From assembly GCA_963762115.1 (NCBI GenBank), contig CAVXJH010000005.1:113812-177811 (forward strand): DNA of 64,000 bases. Direction: 5' to 3'. Shown piece after piece: positions 1 to 10,450 of the stretch. This DNA is from Candidatus Babeliales bacterium (GTDB lineage: Bacteria; Babelota; Babeliae; Babelales; JANWKD01). The notes below the pieces were generated by a model that was not told where the DNA came from, searched no databases, and saw nothing but the letters and a program-made list of their open reading frames with translations. Both the position numbers and the translations under genes were made by a program. The stretch's first letter is position 1, and every line of letters starts with the position of its first letter.

Positions 1-2
1 CA

Positions 3-344
3 AATCGATGGGCTGAATTTGATATCAATGGTGTCAAAATGGGATTAGCTCAAACAACCCAAGAATTACCTGAGCGCCGCACAGGCATAGTGCTAGAAGT
101 TGAAGATATTCAAAAATTTTATGATGAGCATAAGGATTCTGGTATTTCATTTTTAAGTGAGCCCGTTGAAGCGGTCCACGGTCTTATTTTAAGCTTCAGG
201 GACCCAGGTAATAACATTTTAGATCTCTATCAACCAACACCTGAAAAATTAAAAGAAGCCATTAAAAAAGCAGCGGAAGAAGCTGAAAAAAAGGGCGGTT
301 GTTGCCAATCAGAAAAAGCAGATGATAAAGGCTGTTGTAAGTAA
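3..344 (+). CDS. VOC/glyoxalase family protein, 5'-partial, with Cys-pair C-terminal tail
   Basis: Frame is open from the window edge. Motifs LEVEDI..FY and F.DP.NN.L.L.Q are typical of the VOC fold. Tail is GGCC..KGCCK. Confidence 0.75.
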   Translation, partial: NRWAEFDINGVKMGLAQTTQELPERRTGIVLEVEDIQKFYDEHKDSGISFLSEPVEAVHGLILSFRDPGNNILDLYQPTPEKLKEAIKKAAEEAEKKGGCCQSEKADDKGCCK

Positions 345-544
345 AAATGTATAAAAACAAGCATATAAAATCTTCATAGATTTACTCTGTTTTCTTATAT
401 TTTTATTACAAAAAATATGAGTCACTTACTGTAAATCTTGAATTACTTATTTTTTATTGTATACTATTTTTTATCAGTGAAATACCCTTATTTCGCTCTC
501 TGTTTTTGTATAATTTTTTATTCCTTTTTAAATAGGAGAAAAAC

Positions 545-841
545 ATGTCAGAATTTGAAAACATGCAACCATTAAGCGATAAGGCTTTGGTAAAACGTCT
601 TGAAAATGAAGCAATGACACCAGGCGGACTCTTTATTCCTGATGCAGCCAAAGAAAAAGGCCAAAAAGGCACCGTTCTTGCTGTTGGTCCCGGTCGGACT
701 ACCCCAGAAGGAAAAACTATTCCTCTTGCTATTAAAGCAGGTGATATTGTTTATTTTGGCAAATATGCCGGCACTGAAGCTGGCAGTGATTATCTCATTA
801 TCCGTGAAGATGAGATTTTAGGTGTCGTTAAAACAGCATAA
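545..841 (+). CDS. groES: Co-chaperonin GroES
   Basis: [45 protein letters not shown]; directly upstream of groEL. Confidence 0.97.
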   Translation: MSEFENMQPLSDKALVKRLENEAMTPGGLFIPDAAKEKGQKGTVLAVGPGRTTPEGKTIPLAIKAGDIVYFGKYAGTEAGSDYLIIREDEILGVVKTA

Positions 842-866
842 TATAAAAAACAGATTAGGAGTTATT

Positions 867-2516
867 ATGGCAGGAAAACGTATCGTTTTTGGCGTGGAAG
901 CCCGCGGAAAAATTCGTGATGGTGTTGACATATTGGCTGATGCCGTAAAAGTCACCCTCGGACCTCGGGGTCGCAATGTTGCTTTTGAAAAAGCATTTGG
1001 CTCACCAACAATCACCAAAGATGGTGTTACTGTTGCAAAAGAAATTGAACTTCCCAATAAACTTGAAAACATGGGCGCACAAATGGTGCGTGAAGTTGCT
1101 AGCAAAACTGCTGAAGTAGCTGGTGATGGCACCACAACAGCAACAGTTTTAGCGCAAGCAATTTTCCGCGAAGGTAACAAATATGTTACTGCAGGCGCAA
1201 ATCCAATGGAATTAAAACGCGGCATCGACAAAGCTGTGCATGCTGTTGTTGAATTCATTAAAAATAATGCAAAAAAAGTAAGTTCAAAAAAAGAAATTGA
1301 ACAAGTTGCAACGATTTCTGCAAATTCTGATACCATTATTGGTCAACAAATTGCTGAAGCAATGGACCGTGTAGGCCGCGATGGCGTTATCACCGTTGAA
1401 GAAGCAAAAGGCATGGAAGATTCATTAGAAGTTGTTGAAGGTATGCAATTTGATCGTGGTTATCTTTCACCTTATTTCATCACTGATGCAGAAAAAATGG
1501 AAACGGTGTTACATGATGCAATGATTCTTCTTTATGAAAAGAAGATCAGCAGCATGAAGAGCTTGTTACCTCTTCTTGAACAAGTTGCACGTTCTGGTCG
1601 TCCACTTTTGATTATTGCTGAAGATGTTGAAGGCGAAGCTCTTGCAACGCTTGTAGTGAACAAAATTCGCGGCACTCTTAATGTTGCTGCGGTAAAAGCT
1701 CCTGGCTTTGGTGATCGTCGCAAAGCGATGTTAGAAGATATCGCCATGTTAACCGGCGGTAAATTAATTACTGAAGATATCGGCATCAAGCTTGAGAACG
1801 TTACCTTGGATGATCTTGGTCATGCAAAAAAAATAGTAATCACCAAAGATACCTGCACCATTATTGAAGGCCAAGGAAGCTCTGAGAGCATTAAAGGACG
1901 TATTGCATTAATCAAAGCGCAAATCGAAGCAACAGCTTCTGATTACGACAAAGAAAAATTGCAAGAACGCCTTGCCAAACTTGCTGGCGGTGTTGCTGTC
2001 ATCAAAGTTGGTGCTGCAACTGAAACAGAAATGAAAGAAAAAAAAGATCGCATCGACGATGCATTGAATGCAACCAGAGCTGCTGTTGAAGAAGGTGTTG
2101 TTGCTGGTGGCGGTGTTCTTTATATCAGAGCACAAGAATCTGTAAACGCACTTAAACTTGAAGGCGATGAGAAATTTGGTGCACAAATTGTTGCACGTGC
2201 TTTAGAAGAACCTTTGCGAGTAATCGTATCTAATGCGGGCGACGAAGCATCAGTTATTGTCAATCGCATAAAAAACGAAAAAGGCACTATTGGTTATGAT
2301 GCAAAAAACAGCAAATTCGTTGATATGTTCGAAGCTGGCATCATCGATCCAGCCAAGGTTGAGCGCACTGCATTGCAAAATGCTGCATCAATCGCTGGTC
2401 TTTTGTTAACAACAGAAGTTACCATTTCTGATTTGCCCGATGACAAAAAAGAATCGCAAGGTCACGCTGGCATGCCTCCAATGGGTGGTATGGGCGGCAT
2501 GGGTGGCATGTATTAA
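867..2516 (+). CDS. groEL: Chaperonin GroEL
   Basis: [34 protein letters not shown] tail; start set at ATG 867 after AGGAG. Confidence 0.99.
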   Translation: MAGKRIVFGVEARGKIRDGVDILADAVKVTLGPRGRNVAFEKAFGSPTITKDGVTVAKEIELPNKLENMGAQMVREVASKTAEVAGDGTTTATVLAQAIFREGNKYVTAGANPMELKRGIDKAVHAVVEFIKNNAKKVSSKKEIEQVATISANSDTIIGQQIAEAMDRVGRDGVITVEEAKGMEDSLEVVEGMQFDRGYLSPYFITDAEKMETVLHDAMILLYEKKISSMKSLLPLLEQVARSGRPLLIIAEDVEGEALATLVVNKIRGTLNVAAVKAPGFGDRRKAMLEDIAMLTGGKLITEDIGIKLENVTLDDLGHAKKIVITKDTCTIIEGQGSSESIKGRIALIKAQIEATASDYDKEKLQERLAKLAGGVAVIKVGAATETEMKEKKDRIDDALNATRAAVEEGVVAGGGVLYIRAQESVNALKLEGDEKFGAQIVARALEEPLRVIVSNAGDEASVIVNRIKNEKGTIGYDAKNSKFVDMFEAGIIDPAKVERTALQNAASIAGLLLTTEVTISDLPDDKKESQGHAGMPPMGGMGGMGGMY

Positions 2517-2545
2517 TTTTTAAATTAATTCTTTCCGCGTACAAA

Positions 2546-2585
2546 AAAAAGAAGGCTCGCAACGTTATGTGCGAGCCTTCTTTTT
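2546..2585 (+). terminator. Intrinsic terminator after groEL
   Basis: GAAGGCTCGC..GCGAGCCTTC stem followed by T run. Confidence 0.85.
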
Positions 2586-2612
2586 AAAATTATATTTTAA
2601 TAAAGACATATT

Positions 2613-3266
2613 ATGAATTTTAAAACCATTTTTTTATCACTTTCATTATTCAGCTTAATTGCGTCAATTTACGCTGGCAAAATTAGAAAAATTACAGAGA
2701 CAAATAATACAGAAGAACCCGTCCCTCAATTTCTAGAAACAGAAAGTGCAATAACTGCTAAAGAGTTAATACGTGCACATATATCTTGTTTTGGTGCTGA
2801 GTGTAATGACAAGAATACATTACTAAAAAATGCAACTGTATACAGCATTCACAACCTCATATGCTGGACATTCGAAGATGAAGGGTTAGCTGAACAGGAG
2901 CGTAAAAAAATTATCGAATTACTACAAAATATTCAACAAGAGCGGCCCGATTTAATACAAGAAGCACTTGATAAAAGCATTTGTGGTTGTTCCAGGATTG
3001 ATGGCTGTTCCAGGATTTGTAGATGCTATCCAGGATCTTTAGATTTTGAATATATTACAGCTCTTATTAACCTTGGAGCAAACCCTCACAAAACCTTCAA
3101 AGATAAAAATTACAGTGCAATAGAAAAATTAGAAGCACGGTTTGGATCAATAAAAATAAAAAATGTAGAATCATTAGATTGCGATCATTGGTCTTTTGGA
3201 CAAGATAAATCCGAAAATTACGAATGTAAAGAAATTGAAAAACTCATTAACTTTATAAAAAAATAA
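2613..3266 (+). CDS. Secreted hypothetical protein with ankyrin-like motif (paralog of 3341-4000)
   Basis: N-terminal signal peptide; ALINLGANP motif; C-terminus resembles the next gene. Confidence 0.7.
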   Translation: MNFKTIFLSLSLFSLIASIYAGKIRKITETNNTEEPVPQFLETESAITAKELIRAHISCFGAECNDKNTLLKNATVYSIHNLICWTFEDEGLAEQERKKIIELLQNIQQERPDLIQEALDKSICGCSRIDGCSRICRCYPGSLDFEYITALINLGANPHKTFKDKNYSAIEKLEARFGSIKIKNVESLDCDHWSFGQDKSENYECKEIEKLINFIKK

Positions 3267-3340
3267 GAGAAATAAGCTAAAAGTATCATAGTAAAAGCGA
3301 GCTCTCTTTTTTGAAATATATTTTAACATAAGGACATATT

Positions 3341-4000
3341 ATGGATCTTAAGAAACTATTTTTATCATTAGTATTAACATGCTCAATCGTATCACTCAGA
3401 GCTGAAGAAACAAAACAACAATCAGAAACTAAAGCACCATTTGTTTTCAAAGTTTTCAATAACGAAGAAGAATGTAAAAATTTTACTAGAGGATTCTGGA
3501 GCCTTGGAACGCTTATCCTTATAAGCAACTTTGGCAAGGAACAAGCTGCAGAACGTAACATTAAAAATTTACCAGAAAATTTCAGAGAAAAATGTAATGA
3601 GGCTATCAATTATTTAGCACATACAAGACCTCTTAACGGTGATGCCCTCAAAAATGAATGGCGCACATTATTTTTTACCCTTAATGGCCAAAAAATAGAA
3701 TCTCCCGAAAAATATAAAGATTCTCATTTATTAAATCCTGATGCTGCTATTTTACTTCTAACAAAAGGCGCTGATCCATTAAATGTTAATGGTAGCACAG
3801 AATATGATGTTGTTTTTTATGTTGCTAAAGAAATCACCGGATTAAATTTCGAACAATCGCTTGATAAACTTCACGCAAAATTTGAATGTTACAAAAAAGA
3901 AAATGTATCAACCCAAGATTGCAAAGATCTTGTAAAAGTACAAACAGCGATCAAACGATTAAAAAAAGAACAAGAAAAAACGGCATCAACAGCTTCTTAA
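3341..4000 (+). CDS. Secreted hypothetical protein with ankyrin-like motif
   Basis: Signal peptide; LLLTKGADP; shares the upstream GACATATTATG context with 2613. Confidence 0.7.
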   Translation: MDLKKLFLSLVLTCSIVSLRAEETKQQSETKAPFVFKVFNNEEECKNFTRGFWSLGTLILISNFGKEQAAERNIKNLPENFREKCNEAINYLAHTRPLNGDALKNEWRTLFFTLNGQKIESPEKYKDSHLLNPDAAILLLTKGADPLNVNGSTEYDVVFYVAKEITGLNFEQSLDKLHAKFECYKKENVSTQDCKDLVKVQTAIKRLKKEQEKTASTAS

Positions 4001-4006
4001 AAAGAT

Positions 4007-4043
4007 GAAGGCCCTGCATATATTGCACAGGGCCTTCTTTTTT
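4007..4043. terminator. Intrinsic terminator between convergent genes
   Basis: GAAGGCCCTG..CAGGGCCTTC then T run. Confidence 0.8.
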
Positions 4044-4069
4044 GAAAATAAATTATATTACTTATTTGA

Positions 4070-4840
4070 TCATTTCATATAATAATGCATAAGCGCTGCA
4101 TTAACTTCTTCTGCTTCATTATAATTTTTTGCATCAAGCAATTTTTGTGAAAAATCAAAATAAAATTCCACGATCCTTCGTTTAAAATGGTGGTTATCTT
4201 CAGGTTTATCCAAATAACTCAATGCCTTTATAAGGTATGGCTGTCTTTCAAAAAGTTCCTGTTTAACGCTCTTATAGCTTTCTTCATATAACTGCTGAAG
4301 TAAAAAATTCAGATTTATATCAATATTCATTTTTGCATTCAAAGCACATTGCCTTAAAAAAGTTTCACTTTTATCAACTGAAAGCTTCCTTGTTGGTTCC
4401 AGTTCCCCGTTACATAACACGCTTATAGGCGATTCATTATTATTTGAAAAACCTGTATTACTCAATTGCTGCAGAGAATTCTTACCTAAATTTTCTCTAT
4501 TACTTTCACTTAGCTTAGATTTTTGTTCTTTACGAAATTTTACTACTGCATCTAAGCCTGCAGTATCATACATATATCTCTCAAATGGATCTTCCAGTAT
4601 TTCATACGCCTCTTTCAATTGCGCATGTTGCTCTTCAGCTTCTTCATAAACAGTAAAGGGCAATCTCATGGTAATTCGAAGATACTCTTGAGTATAAATA
4701 CGAAAACTCTTTACTACTGCTTCATGATTTGCATCTTTGTTAAGTCCCAAACGAACATATAAATCATCATTATGGTGTTCCATAGCGTTTAAGATTTTGA
4801 AAAAGATTAAAACAAAAATAAAAATTATTTTTCTGCTCAT
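4070..4840 (-). CDS. Secreted J-like (DnaJ-domain) protein lacking HPD
   Basis: Signal peptide; LYVRLGL..A and LKEAYEILED..ER..YD; no HPD. Confidence 0.8.
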   Translation of the reverse strand: MSRKIIFIFVLIFFKILNAMEHHNDDLYVRLGLNKDANHEAVVKSFRIYTQEYLRITMRLPFTVYEEAEEQHAQLKEAYEILEDPFERYMYDTAGLDAVVKFRKEQKSKLSESNRENLGKNSLQQLSNTGFSNNNESPISVLCNGELEPTRKLSVDKSETFLRQCALNAKMNIDINLNFLLQQLYEESYKSVKQELFERQPYLIKALSYLDKPEDNHHFKRRIVEFYFDFSQKLLDAKNYNEAEEVNAALMHYYMK

Positions 4841-4963
4841 ATTAAAAACAACCTAGAAAAATTATTAATACGACAATATGATGTTGTAGTATATAATGTT
4901 TAATAATATTGCAATAGATTTACACAAAAGATGCTTCTCGTAATGATAAAAATATTTTTTTTA

Positions 4964-5506
4964 TTATGTATTCTTTAAAAATTCTGGTAAATCAGAAAGA
5001 CCTTCATTCAAAAAATCTATATTTTCTTCCATTTCTGTTATATCGATTATTTCTTTATCAAATGTATCATGATGAATATTTTCAGTTGTTTGATTTTGTT
5101 GCAATGCATCTAATGGCATCATTGGTATCAACTTCACGCTAGGATTCAATAACTGTGCAACATATGACATATGTTCATAAAATTCATTTGGCTCTTTCAC
5201 TTCAGAAGTAGTCAATCCCATCTTCTCATCATAGGCTTTCCTCTTTTGCCGATCTGATAGAATATTGTATGCCATTCTAATAGTATCAAATTTTTCCTCG
5301 ACTTTTTCATCTATTACATTTAAAGATTGCATCGTTTTATGCAAAAAATATTTTGTTAACCTAAGGTAACGTTTCTCTATTGCATAAGGAGTTGCATTAC
5401 GAGCAACCCCCAAAATTTTATATAAATTAATTTCCTTTTGCTGCTCCATAGCTATCAAGCCTATAGAACAAGTCAAAAAAGCTAAAAATAACATTATTTT
5501 CTTCAT
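4964..5506 (-). CDS. Secreted J-like (DnaJ-domain) protein lacking HPD
   Basis: Signal peptide; LYKILGVARNAT and AYNILSD..KRKAYD; no HPD. Confidence 0.8.
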   Translation of the reverse strand: MKKIMLFLAFLTCSIGLIAMEQQKEINLYKILGVARNATPYAIEKRYLRLTKYFLHKTMQSLNVIDEKVEEKFDTIRMAYNILSDRQKRKAYDEKMGLTTSEVKEPNEFYEHMSYVAQLLNPSVKLIPMMPLDALQQNQTTENIHHDTFDKEIIDITEMEENIDFLNEGLSDLPEFLKNT

Positions 5507-5576
5507 AAGAGTCCCTATTAAAAACTATACTTCAATATAAAATGAACAAAAAAATGATGTACAACAAACATATCAA

Positions 5577-7862
5577 TTACAATGATAAATCAATGACGTC
5601 TCCCAATATATCTTGCGTATCTTGCTCAGAAAGACCTTCTTGATTAGACAAATCTTGCGCTAATTGGGCTTGTACTTTTATTGCATTTAATTTTTCGGTC
5701 AAAATACCTGTTTGATAAGTGGTTAGTGCAGCATCAATAACTTGAATTGCATTGTCATAACGATTTTCTTGAAGCAATTCCCTGGCAAAATTAAGATAAA
5801 AACCAATAATTTCTTGTTCTAATCCATTTCTATAATGAGGTTCTAGATTAGATATTAATCGTATAAAATGTTGTTGTTCTGCTAAAAGAGCTGATTGAAC
5901 ATAAGAAATGGTTTTATTACTGCATCTCATTACATGCACACTAGTTTGTAATACTTCCAATTTCTTTAAAACTTCATTAGCAGTAGAACTAACAAAACGA
6001 TAAAGATGAACCGCTTCTATTCTTTGTAAGGCAGAAGGCTCACTCCATTTGACACCACAAACATATTCCAAAAGATCATGCGCTCCATTGATGATACCGT
6101 TATTGTATAAAGTAGTAAAAAATTTAAAACAATTATCAAACGCCTCATATTGTAAATCTAAAGGAATTTCTAAAAAATTCTTCATCGTATCAACGAATTT
6201 TATCGATGGGTTAAAACGATATTGATCTATTAATGCTTTAATTCGGTTATGATAGTTATCTATTTTCTGAGAATAAAATCCCTTTTCCTTATCCATTGAT
6301 AATGCTATTTGAAGTGTTATTAGACAACTGTTAGCATTCTTGATCCTATCTTGAACATCAACATAATTTCTATTTTTGGTATCGATATCATTTTTTCCTT
6401 CAAGACGAATAATATTTTGTAATTGAAAACATTTTTTTTTAAATTCATCATTACTCGCTGCATAAGAACTCCGACAAAGATTCTGAATAATTCTCATAGC
6501 TTCATTAAATTTTTTATTTTTAGCCAATCGTTCAGCAAGTAAATAACTAAATTTAAAAACATAATCATTAAGATAAGTAAGCTTGAATTCCATTACATGC
6601 TTACAAAAAAGAAGTAACCCTTTATGCACAAAATCAAGTGGCATTGTTGAATTAGCAAAAGAAAAATTCAAATACCCCAAATCATTATACCAACCCATTA
6701 AAATGTTTTTTATGTTTCCTTGAGCTTTTTCCACTTCCAATTGCCATACCTTGTCTTCTTCACTCTGAAAAGATGAAACATGTTTTAAAACTTCACCACA
6801 TAATTCATAGGCACTCTGAACAAAAAATAAAAAATCTGGTTGATTTTCATGCTTCTGATAAAGCATTTCAGCAGCATTAAAAGCAAGTCTAAGAAATTCT
6901 TTTTTTGCTTCTAAAAAGTTAGGATTGACTCTCAGCTCAGAAGATCTTTCAGAAATATAATATTTATTTGCAACATTTTTAAATTTTTCATGAAAAAACA
7001 ATGGATCAATTTTTTGAGTTTTAGCGAGCTCTGTTTCCCGGCGTAAATCAGCATTAGCCTCTTGCACTGCTTCAATAGTTGCTTTAACATTTTTTGGATC
7101 TACAATTTTTCTTTTTTTCACAGGAGGAGCATGTTTTTTCATTGCTTCTTCAATCAACCGTTTTTCACGTGATTGAGCATAAGTAGCATGAACTGCTGGT
7201 GTATTATTTTTTTGCACATATAATGCATACAAATTTTTTAATCTATCAGCAAAGTCTGTTTCTGAACCCACATACCGTAGCCCATTGGCAATATAACACT
7301 TTGCCTCATCAATACAATCTCTTTCATATAACAATTGAGCAAATTGAAGACAATTTTCTAAAAAATTCACCCTAAGTGCTTTGCAACAATCATCATCATT
7401 ATTATTCATTATATATTGTCTATATAATTCATTGGCAGCATCAATCTCAGGTTTCAATACATTAATATCGGGTTGCATAGAAAAAATACTTCTAATTTTT
7501 GTTTGATACGCATCTCTTTTATGCAGAATATCTTCAAACGCAACCTTTTGGGCAACATTATCACGATTATGTAAGTCGTAATACCTTTTCCAATGATCAC
7601 CATATTTATCATAAAAGTTTCTTTTTTCAGGATCACGCAAAACATCATGAGCATTATTTATCTCTTTAAATATCTCTCCCCCATAAAGATTTTTACTAGG
7701 ATGATATTGTTTTGCTAAAGCACGGTATTTTTCCTTAATGCTTTCTTGATTTGCAGTTCTTTCAACACCTAAAATAGTATAATAATCTCTCGGTTGCCCC
7801 TCCATGCCTTGTAACCCTTTAAAACAGGCTAAAAAGAGTAAAAAAACTATTGTTTTTTTCAT
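5577..7862 (-). CDS. Large secreted DnaJ-domain protein (HPS variant) with helical repeats
   Basis: Start placed at MKKTIVF (signal peptide); DYYTILGV..YHPSKN..LRDPEKR.FYD; TPR-like helical repeats; PPVKKRKI motif. Confidence 0.85.
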   Translation of the reverse strand: MKKTIVFLLFLACFKGLQGMEGQPRDYYTILGVERTANQESIKEKYRALAKQYHPSKNLYGGEIFKEINNAHDVLRDPEKRNFYDKYGDHWKRYYDLHNRDNVAQKVAFEDILHKRDAYQTKIRSIFSMQPDINVLKPEIDAANELYRQYIMNNNDDDCCKALRVNFLENCLQFAQLLYERDCIDEAKCYIANGLRYVGSETDFADRLKNLYALYVQKNNTPAVHATYAQSREKRLIEEAMKKHAPPVKKRKIVDPKNVKATIEAVQEANADLRRETELAKTQKIDPLFFHEKFKNVANKYYISERSSELRVNPNFLEAKKEFLRLAFNAAEMLYQKHENQPDFLFFVQSAYELCGEVLKHVSSFQSEEDKVWQLEVEKAQGNIKNILMGWYNDLGYLNFSFANSTMPLDFVHKGLLLFCKHVMEFKLTYLNDYVFKFSYLLAERLAKNKKFNEAMRIIQNLCRSSYAASNDEFKKKCFQLQNIIRLEGKNDIDTKNRNYVDVQDRIKNANSCLITLQIALSMDKEKGFYSQKIDNYHNRIKALIDQYRFNPSIKFVDTMKNFLEIPLDLQYEAFDNCFKFFTTLYNNGIINGAHDLLEYVCGVKWSEPSALQRIEAVHLYRFVSSTANEVLKKLEVLQTSVHVMRCSNKTISYVQSALLAEQQHFIRLISNLEPHYRNGLEQEIIGFYLNFARELLQENRYDNAIQVIDAALTTYQTGILTEKLNAIKVQAQLAQDLSNQEGLSEQDTQDILGDVIDLSL

Positions 7863-8125
7863 AAAACCCCTAAAAATCATATTTTTTATAGTAGTATAAT
7901 CAAATTTACATAATTTCATTATAGCTATTTATTTATATTTGTCAATTTTAAAAAAAATAAATAAAAAAATTAACCAATAAGTAAGCCATAATCATTATGG
8001 AAACCAAAGCTCGATTTAATTGACAAATAACGGCTGATCATTATATTGTGACTAAGATTCCTAAAAAGAGTCTTCTAGAGCTGCTACCTTAAGCAAAGCA
8101 ACTTTTATCTTGACTAGGAGAATCT

Positions 8126-8515
8126 ATGAAAAAAGTAACATTACTCTGTTTATCATTATTATCAGCAAATGCTTTGCTTGCAGATGTAAAACTTATGATG
8201 GATGTTTGTGTTGGCGAAATGTGCATGAAAGGCGAATTCGTTCTTGATGCAAATAACCCAGTTGCAACACTTTCAGACGATGCAGCAAACATTGTTGTAG
8301 CAGTACAACAAGTTGAAGCAACCGAACAAGCTACAACCGAAGAAAAACAAGAAGTCGTTGTTGATGCTTCAACAGAAGTTGCTCCTGCACCAGAATTTGA
8401 AGTAACCATCCAAAATGATGGCGTAACAACAACCCACATGGTACAAGGCCAATGGGGATGCACAATGCAATGCAACAATGAAATGGTTATGGTAACCATG
8501 ATGGCAAATCAATAA
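8126..8515 (+). CDS. Secreted hypothetical protein
   Basis: AGGAG RBS, signal peptide ending ALLA, acidic linker. Confidence 0.75.
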   Translation: MKKVTLLCLSLLSANALLADVKLMMDVCVGEMCMKGEFVLDANNPVATLSDDAANIVVAVQQVEATEQATTEEKQEVVVDASTEVAPAPEFEVTIQNDGVTTTHMVQGQWGCTMQCNNEMVMVTMMANQ

Positions 8516-8571
8516 AATAATCTTAATTTTTTAGCTTTGTTGCTTAAGGTACATAAAAAAAGCTCTTGTAA

Positions 8572-8610
8572 TTTGTATTGTCAGGTCATAATTAGATCTG
8601 ACAATACAAA
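8572..8610. terminator. Long inverted repeat, terminator-like
   Basis: TTTGTATTGTCAG..CTGACAATACAAA. Confidence 0.6.
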
Positions 8611-8675
8611 CAAATACCTCACCTCTTGCATATAAAAATTCTTTTTTGTTATCGTAAAAATAAAAAGGAAATTTT

Positions 8676-8840
8676 ATGACCAACAAAAAAAATCAAAAAC
8701 CATTCTCACCTAAAAAAGAAGAAAAATCTCAAAAAGAGCAAGCACCTTCTCAAGAAAAAAAGAAACAAAATACACCACATGATATATATGAAGATGATGA
8801 AAATACTCATGGTGTTTATGAAAGTGAAAGCGATTATTGA
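8676..8840 (+). CDS. Small hydrophilic protein (54 aa; basic N-half, acidic C-half), not in the ORF track
   Basis: AAGGA RBS; MTNKKNQKP...YESESDY*. Confidence 0.5.
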   Translation: MTNKKNQKPFSPKKEEKSQKEQAPSQEKKKQNTPHDIYEDDENTHGVYESESDY

Positions 8841-8843
8841 TAA

Positions 8844-10373
8844 CTAAAAGCCACAACCAATTTTTGCCCATACTCCATACCGCTTAAAATCAGTATTATA
8901 ATGAGGAATTTCAATAAAGCCACCAAAGCCTAAAAAGAATAATGCATGTGGGCCATATAAGGTATAACCTCCCGCTACATGAAATCTAAAGTTGATAGCA
9001 CCACGTGCTGCTGCTGAATTAAGTTCTATATCATTATCAGTAATTGGAACAAAGATTTGCTGACGCGTTATCAGGTCAACATCATTTGGCTCAAGCACAC
9101 CAATCGTACTCAAACTTGCTGTTGCCGGTACCCCAGTACCATCAATAAAACCGACACCCTGTATCCCATAATCACAAGGAAAGCAATCTTTTAAACGAAC
9201 ATCTTCACGTCCGCGTGCCCATAAATCAAATCCTGCTTCAACTTCAAATCCACCCATTTGAGAACGTAACCCCGTTGCCATATCAACTTTATTATAAGGT
9301 CTCACGCGCACAGGACGAGTCAAAATATTTACTGCAGGAATATTAGTCCTACCATCCCTATTAACCAATAATAAATAACGTGACCAAGTCTTTGATTTAA
9401 GATCTAATGTTCTTAGCTGTGAATCTTTGAAAAAATAAATATTTTCTATTTCCAAAAACAACGCAATAAAACAACAATCACTATCTCTGGTTAATGGTAA
9501 TTGCATCAAAAAACCCGAACCATACCCAAAATGCCTGTTCGTACCCAACGATGGGCTAAAAACAAATTCAGGATCTGAGTAACCATGTAAAGGAGCAACA
9601 AACGTTGAATAAAGACCAAGTTGAAAACCATCACGATCTAAAAAATTACTTCCTATTTTTATATCAAGTTCTGCAACACTAAAAATCTTTTTTGATGGAC
9701 CAAATTTTGCAAAATTCCAAGCAGGATTGGATAAGGCTTCAACGATATTAGTTGGGGCAATTGGCCTCATTGCCGGTTCAGTGTGCGATAGATATTCCAC
9801 CAAGTTAATACTATTTTTTACATATTGAACAGGTAAACCCACACCAATCCAAAAGCCCTTTAAAAACTCCGTCTCAAAGAAGTCCCTCAAACTACAATAC
9901 CCTTCTAACCAGAGGCCAAATTGTTCTTGTTTTGGCTTAACGGTAAAACTACCCGTAAAATTACTTGGTAGATTAATCCATTCAGCACGAATATCGCGAC
10001 TATATTGATTATTGGCGATTGCAGCATCACCTTTTACTACCAGAAAATTTTTATCATCTTCGCCACAAGGAGCCTCATCAAATAAAAAGTAGCGAGCAAC
10101 ACCGCGCGAGCTCATAGATCTTTGATAAAGGGGTAATGCCTGAAATGCAACATTATGGGGCTCACAAGCATTAAAAATCATATCATGCCATAGTGATTGC
10201 TGTGCTGCAATATTGCGATAGACGGGACGCGTAGAGATGAAAGTACGCGCAACGCCACAACAAGGCGGGCAATATGCTAAGTTTTCTGAGCAACAAGTTG
10301 TTAAATTAGTATTATAAGAAAGAGTTGTTTGTAACCAAGTACAAAACACAATACATAAAAGAATTTTTTTCAT
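8844..10373 (-). CDS. Secreted protein, probable outer-membrane beta-barrel
   Basis: Signal peptide, alternating aromatic/Gly strands, terminal Phe (VWAKIGCGF). Confidence 0.6.
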   Translation of the reverse strand: MKKILLCIVFCTWLQTTLSYNTNLTTCCSENLAYCPPCCGVARTFISTRPVYRNIAAQQSLWHDMIFNACEPHNVAFQALPLYQRSMSSRGVARYFLFDEAPCGEDDKNFLVVKGDAAIANNQYSRDIRAEWINLPSNFTGSFTVKPKQEQFGLWLEGYCSLRDFFETEFLKGFWIGVGLPVQYVKNSINLVEYLSHTEPAMRPIAPTNIVEALSNPAWNFAKFGPSKKIFSVAELDIKIGSNFLDRDGFQLGLYSTFVAPLHGYSDPEFVFSPSLGTNRHFGYGSGFLMQLPLTRDSDCCFIALFLEIENIYFFKDSQLRTLDLKSKTWSRYLLLVNRDGRTNIPAVNILTRPVRVRPYNKVDMATGLRSQMGGFEVEAGFDLWARGREDVRLKDCFPCDYGIQGVGFIDGTGVPATASLSTIGVLEPNDVDLITRQQIFVPITDNDIELNSAAARGAINFRFHVAGGYTLYGPHALFFLGFGGFIEIPHYNTDFKRYGVWAKIGCGF

Positions 10374-10450
10374 TCTTGTTTTCCTTTTTTAAGCAAATGC
10401 TGTTCATTAGCTTAGGATAGGTTGTTAAGAAAAACAAGGTCTAAAATACT

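Noticed and set aside
454..2186. Antisense ORFs over groES/groEL, and similar shadow ORFs elsewhere
   Set aside because: They are opposite-strand shadows of well-supported genes.
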